Shown here: positions 53,915-64,000 of the stretch, piece by piece
Layout of the letters: every line of letters begins with the position of its first letter
How positions within the stretch are numbered: position 1 is the stretch's first letter
From: the human T2T-CHM13v2.0 reference genome, Homo sapiens
Direction: 5' to 3' (one strand)
DNA: 64,000 nt
Assembly (NCBI RefSeq): GCF_009914755.1
Contig: NC_060941.1
Position numbers and translations under genes: made by a program
The notes under the pieces: model-generated
The model's database searches: none
Seen by the model: only the letters and a program-made list of their open reading frames with translations
Told to the model about the DNA's origin: nothing

Positions 53915-54012
53915 TCAGTCTCAAAAAAAAAAAAAAAGAGAGAGAGTTGCTTTTGTGTCCTCAACTATGTCCTTCCTCAGAGTCCCCAGTCTATTTTTTT
54001 TTTTTTTTTTGA

Positions 54013-54227
<215 letters not shown>

Positions 54228-54520
54228 TGAACCATCCACCTCGGCCTCCCAAAGTGCTGAGATTACAGGCGTGAGCCACTGCGCCCAGCCAGGCGCCCCA
54301 GCATTGAAGGAAGAGGAGCCTCCAGTGAGGATAAGTGGGGGCGAGGCTTTTCGTGCTTAGGGTAGCCAGAGGCCAGCACTACAAGACCATGTCTAAACGG
54401 GGGGACCCCTCTGTCCTGGTCTCCAACCACCCACTCCAAGAACAGAGGCCTCACTCTAGCCTGAAAGACTCTTCTCTGACACTTGACCTTCCCTTTCCAC
54501 AATCCCTGGAGCGAGAACAG

Positions 54521-55555
<1,035 letters not shown>

Positions 55556-55637
55556 ATAGGAGGAAGGATGTTCCCAGGTGGGCAGGTATGCAAACCTCCC
55601 TACAAAGTCCAAGGAACTTGAGGGGCCCAAGGAAGAG

Positions 55638-56169
<532 letters not shown>

Positions 56170-56290
56170 TAGAACATTTTGAAATACATATAAAGAGACA
56201 AGGCACAGTGGCTCACGCCTGTAATCCCAGCACTTTGAAAGGCCGAGGTGGGCAGATCACAAGGTCAGGAGATGGAGACCATCCTGGCTA

Positions 56291-56551
<261 letters not shown>

Positions 56552-56605
56552 TTACTGGTAACATTTCAGTGTCCTTCTAGCACTTTTTTCTAAGTATACA
56601 TATAG

Positions 56606-56942
<337 letters not shown>

Positions 56943-57289
56943 TAATCACATTTTTCTAAAAACGAAGTGGGAAATCTCATGGGGTCCACAAGGTACATTC
57001 GGCCCCTGTCCTGTATGTTGGGGTTTTCAGAATGAGAGTCTGCAGGGGGTCCCCAGCACCGTCTCTTCAGCGGCAATACCGCTCTCGGCCACAAGAGAGG
57101 GATGTGTGCTCAGGAACGTCGGCTCCAAAGCTGGAAAGGGTAGCCCTGGCACCTGGCGCTGGCAGCTCCCACTTGGATCATCCTTAGTCACTCCTAGCTT
57201 TATTGCTCACTGCTCAGTGCGCTTCTTGGAAACCTTGGTTCATGAGGGAAAAAAAAGACAACTCACATGCTCACTCTTGCACCGTTCTG

Positions 57290-58840
<1,551 letters not shown>

Positions 58841-59349
58841 TCAGAATATTAAACACTTAGCCAGGTGTGGTGGCGTGCACCTCTAGTCCCAGCTACTCAG
58901 GAAGCCAGGGTGGGATAGTCGCTTGAACCCAGGAGCTCAAGGGTGCAGTGAGCTATGATTGTGCCACTGCACTCCAGCCAGGCTGGCAGAAGGAGATCCT
59001 CTCTCTAAAAAAAGTTGACTAAATGTGTGAATGAAGGAATGAATGAGTGTGTTCTTCCCTGTTCCCCAAGAAGGGTCTGCAAAAGCCAGTGCCCTTCCTT
59101 CCATCTCCTTCCCTCCGTGTTCACCGGGTGCCTCTCATTGTCTCCCAAGCCTCTGCAGACACATCCCAAGGAACAATGCTGCTGAAGGACTAGTTCTGTT
59201 CCTTGTGATGGTGGAAAGAAATGGGATTCAAGCCAGGCACTGTGGCTCACTCCTGTAATCCCAGGACTTTGGGAGGCTGAGTCGGGAGGATTGTTTGAGG
59301 CCAGGGGTTTGAGGCCAGCCTGGGGAATATAGTAAGACCCTCATCTCTA

Positions 59350-59520
<171 letters not shown>

Positions 59521-59522
59521 CT

Positions 59523-59554
<32 letters not shown>

Positions 59555-59615
59555 CCAGATGCAGTGGCCCACCCCTGTAATTCCAGCACTTTGGGAGGCC
59601 AAGGCGGATGGATCA

Positions 59616-60035
<420 letters not shown>

Positions 60036-60739
60036 TCATTAGATCAGGGTCTTCCTCCCTCTTTCCCAGTGTCCCCGCCTAAGCTCCCTCTGGAGCCTTG
60101 GGACACACACACTCCTGTAATCTCAAGTAGCAGCTGCTACTTCCCTGACCCACCTCTGTCCTCCCCAAGGTTACCCTGTCCTCTATCCCCCAACAAAGAG
60201 TAGTGCCAGACGCAGAATAGATGCTCCAAAGATACAAAAAGAATAAAGGAGTGAATGAAGCAGCCACTGCAGTATCCCTGGGGGCATGTTCCCCAGTAGC
60301 CACCAGCCTCCTTTATTTATGTTTTTTCTTTTTTTTTTTTTTTTGAGAAAGAGTCTCACTCTGTCATCCAGGCTGGAGTGTAGTGGTGGGATCTTGCCTC
60401 AATGCAACCTCTGCTTCTGCCTCCTGGGTTCAAGTGATTCTCCTGCCTCAACCTCCCAAGTAGCTGGGATTACAGGCACCCACCATCATGCCTGGACTTT
60501 TTTTTTTTTTTTTTTTTGAGATGGGAGTCTCAGTTTGTCACCAGGCTGGAGTGCAGTGGCGTGATCCCAGCTCACTGCAAACTCTGACTTTTTGGTTCAA
60601 GTGATTCTTCTGCCTCAACCTCTTGAGTAACTGGGATTACAGGCACACACCACCACACTCAGCTTATTTTTGTATTTTTAGTAGAGATGGGATTTCACCA
60701 TGTTGGCCAAGCTGGTCTCAAACTCCTGACTTCAGGTGA

Positions 60740-61087
<348 letters not shown>

Positions 61088-61364
61088 TGAGCCACCACGA
61101 CCGGCCAGTTTGAGTGCTTTCTATCAATCCACTTTTGTCTCCTGACTCTTCCTCCTCTTCATAGTATTGAGTCCATCTAGTGAGTTTTAAATTTTTGTTA
61201 TTGTATTTTTGTTTTAAAATTTCCATTTGAGTCTAGGTGCAGTGGCTCATGCGTGTAATCCCAGCACTCGGAGGCTGAGGCGGTCAAATCACTTCAATTC
61301 AGGAGTTTGGGACCAGCCTGGGTGACATGGCAAGACCCTCTCTCTACAAAAAAACACAAAACTT

Positions 61365-61471
61365 GTGCTCTTTTCAGTAGCACATGTACTAAAATTGGAA
61401 CGATACAGTGAAGATTAGCATGGCCCCTGTGCAAAGATAACATGCAAATTCGTGATGCATCCCATATTCTT
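61365..61471 (+). pseudogene. RNU6: Full-length U6 snRNA retropseudogene (5' part of a chimeric retrocopy)
   Basis: GTGCTCttTTCaGtAGCACATgTACTAAAATTGGAACGATACAGtGAAGATTAGCATGGCCCCTGtGCAAaGATaACAtGCAAATTCGTGAtGCaTcCCATATTcT aligns end to end with U6. The ACAGAGA box is mutated to ACAGTGA, and the upstream sequence is Alu rather than a U6 promoter. Confidence 0.95.
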
Positions 61472-62210
61472 GCCACAGTCTGCTGCCCGTTACTTCGCTT
61501 TGCTTCCCTTCCCCGGATCCTGCCATAACGTCACAGGGCCCATGACGCCATACCCTTTCCATGTTCGTCTCCCATTGCACCACTGAGGTTGGAGACTGGA
61601 GAACAATCTGGCCATCCCCACTCAGGCGTGGCACCTTGCCACCTGCCCCCTCGTGCAACAATAAATAAATTTTAAAAAATACAAAAATTAGTCAGGCATG
61701 GTGGTACACACTTTTAGTCCCAGCTACTAGGGAGGCTGAGGTGGGAGGATCACCTGAGTCCAGGAGGCAGAGGCTGCAGTGAGCTGAGACTGTGTCACTG
61801 CACACAGCCTGGGCAACAGAGTGAGACTCTGTCTTAAAAAAAGAGGGCTGGGCATATGTACCAGCTACTTAGGAGGCTGAGGCAGGAGAATCGCTTGAAC
61901 CTGGGAGGGGGAGGTTGGAGTGAGCCAAGATCGTGGCAGGGCACTCCAGCCTGGATGACAAGAGCCAAACTCCATCTCAAAACCTCAAAACAAAACAAAA
62001 CGACAAAACAAGACCAGGTGCAGTGGCTCATGCCTGTAATCCTGGCACTTTGGGAGGCCAACGCGGGTAGATCACCTGAGGTCAGGGATTCAAGACCAGC
62101 CTGGGCAACATGATGAAACTCCGTCTGTACTAAAAATACAAAAATTAGGCTGGGCATGGTGGCCCACACCTCTAATCCAAGCACTTTGGGAGGCCAAGGC
62201 AGGTGGATCA

Positions 62211-62384
<174 letters not shown>

Positions 62385-62427
62385 TCACTGCACTCCAGCC
62401 TGGGAGACAAAGCAAAACTCTGTCTCA

Positions 62428-62682
<255 letters not shown>

Positions 62683-63105
62683 CTACCTATGTAAATACAA
62701 CCAGTTGGATGAAATGGACCAATTCCTTGAAAACTACAAACTACCAAAAAAATACTCAATATGAAACATAATTTTTAAAATCTTGTAACAATGTTAAAAA
62801 TTGAATTCATCATTTTTCACTTTATTTTATTTTGAGACTGCATCTCACTCTGTCACCCACTGGAGTGCAGTGGCACAATCACGGTTCACTGCATCCTTGA
62901 CTTCCTGGGCTCAGGTGTTCCTCCCACCTCGGCCTCCTGAGTAGCTAGGACTACAGGCACCTGCCACACACCCGGCTAATTTTTTTATTTTTTGTAAAGA
63001 CAGGGTTTTGCCAAGTTGTCCAGACTGGTCTCCAACTCCTGGAGCTCAAGCAATCCACCTGCCTTGGCCTCCCAAAGTGTCAAGATTACAGGCATGAGCC
63101 ACTAG

Positions 63106-63363
<258 letters not shown>

Positions 63364-64000
63364 TGATCCACCCACCTCAACCTCCTAAATTGTTAGGATT
63401 ACAGGCATGAGCCACCACGCCTGGCCTTGAATTCATAGTTTTAATAAAGCAATTTCTTGTCTTCATGGTCACATACGACTAGTTTGGTGATTCCCTGGAA
63501 GGACCCATGTGACTCCAGATCAAGTTCTACTCTAGTGAAGATTTACTACAGTGGAGGATACAATACAACAGCAGGAAAAAGGACATTAATAGATGAAGGC
63601 TGGAAGGTCAAATGCACGCTTTCTTATCCTCTCTCTGCAGGGACAGCACAGACATATCTTTTCCAGGAGCAAACTGCAAGGGCTTGTGTGAGATGTCCTT
63701 GCCCAAGAAATCCTACTTGAGTTCTGGAGTCAAAATTTGTGTGGTTAGGCCAGGCACTGTGGCTCTCCCCTGTAATCCCAGCACTTTGGGAGGCTGAAAT
63801 GGGAGGATTGCTGGAGTCCAGGAGTTTGAGACCAGCCTGAGCAACATGGTGAGACCTAGTTTTTATTAAAAAAAAAAAAAAAAAAAAGAAAGAAAGAAAG
63901 AAAGAAAAGAAAGAAAAACAAAAAATCAGGCTGGGCATGGTGGTTCATGCCTGTAATCCCAGCACTCCGGGAGACCAAGGTGGGAGGATCACCTGAGGTC

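Noticed and set aside
57064-57105. Possible CTCF site (GCAATACC...GGCCACAAGAGAGGG)
   Set aside because: The core lacks the conserved GGGGC/GGGC ending; too weak to call.

Overview
Human-like (primate) genomic DNA. There is no intact protein-coding gene, and most long ORFs in the track are Alu-derived or GC-rich noise. The window is a mosaic of segments, as in a segmental duplication. (1) 1-32287: a repeat-rich segment, GC-rich from ~12.5 kb, with a CpG island/CTCF site at ~19.7-20.2 kb. It carries the 3' half of MAP2K3 (MKK3) on the minus strand: the last 84 nt of exon 8, exons 9-12 and the 3'UTR, with intact splice sites and reading frame. It differs from MKK3 at L215W, R293H and V339M, which I recall as catalogued MAP2K3 'variants'. 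(2) 32288-~44450: an abruptly AT-rich, almost Alu-free segment joined in the middle of exon 8. (3) ~44320-45090: a fold-back inverted duplication with a 41-bp spacer and a chimeric AluY, marking the next junction. (4) 45100-64000: old L1/L2/MIR sequence followed by a very Alu-dense block with LTR8 elements, a local ~270-bp duplication and a U6 snRNA chimeric retrocopy nested in an Alu. A 5'-half tRNA-Ile retrocopy sits in an LTR at ~2.46 kb. Repeat subfamily names and reference-protein comparisons come from memory of consensus sequences, not from a database search.
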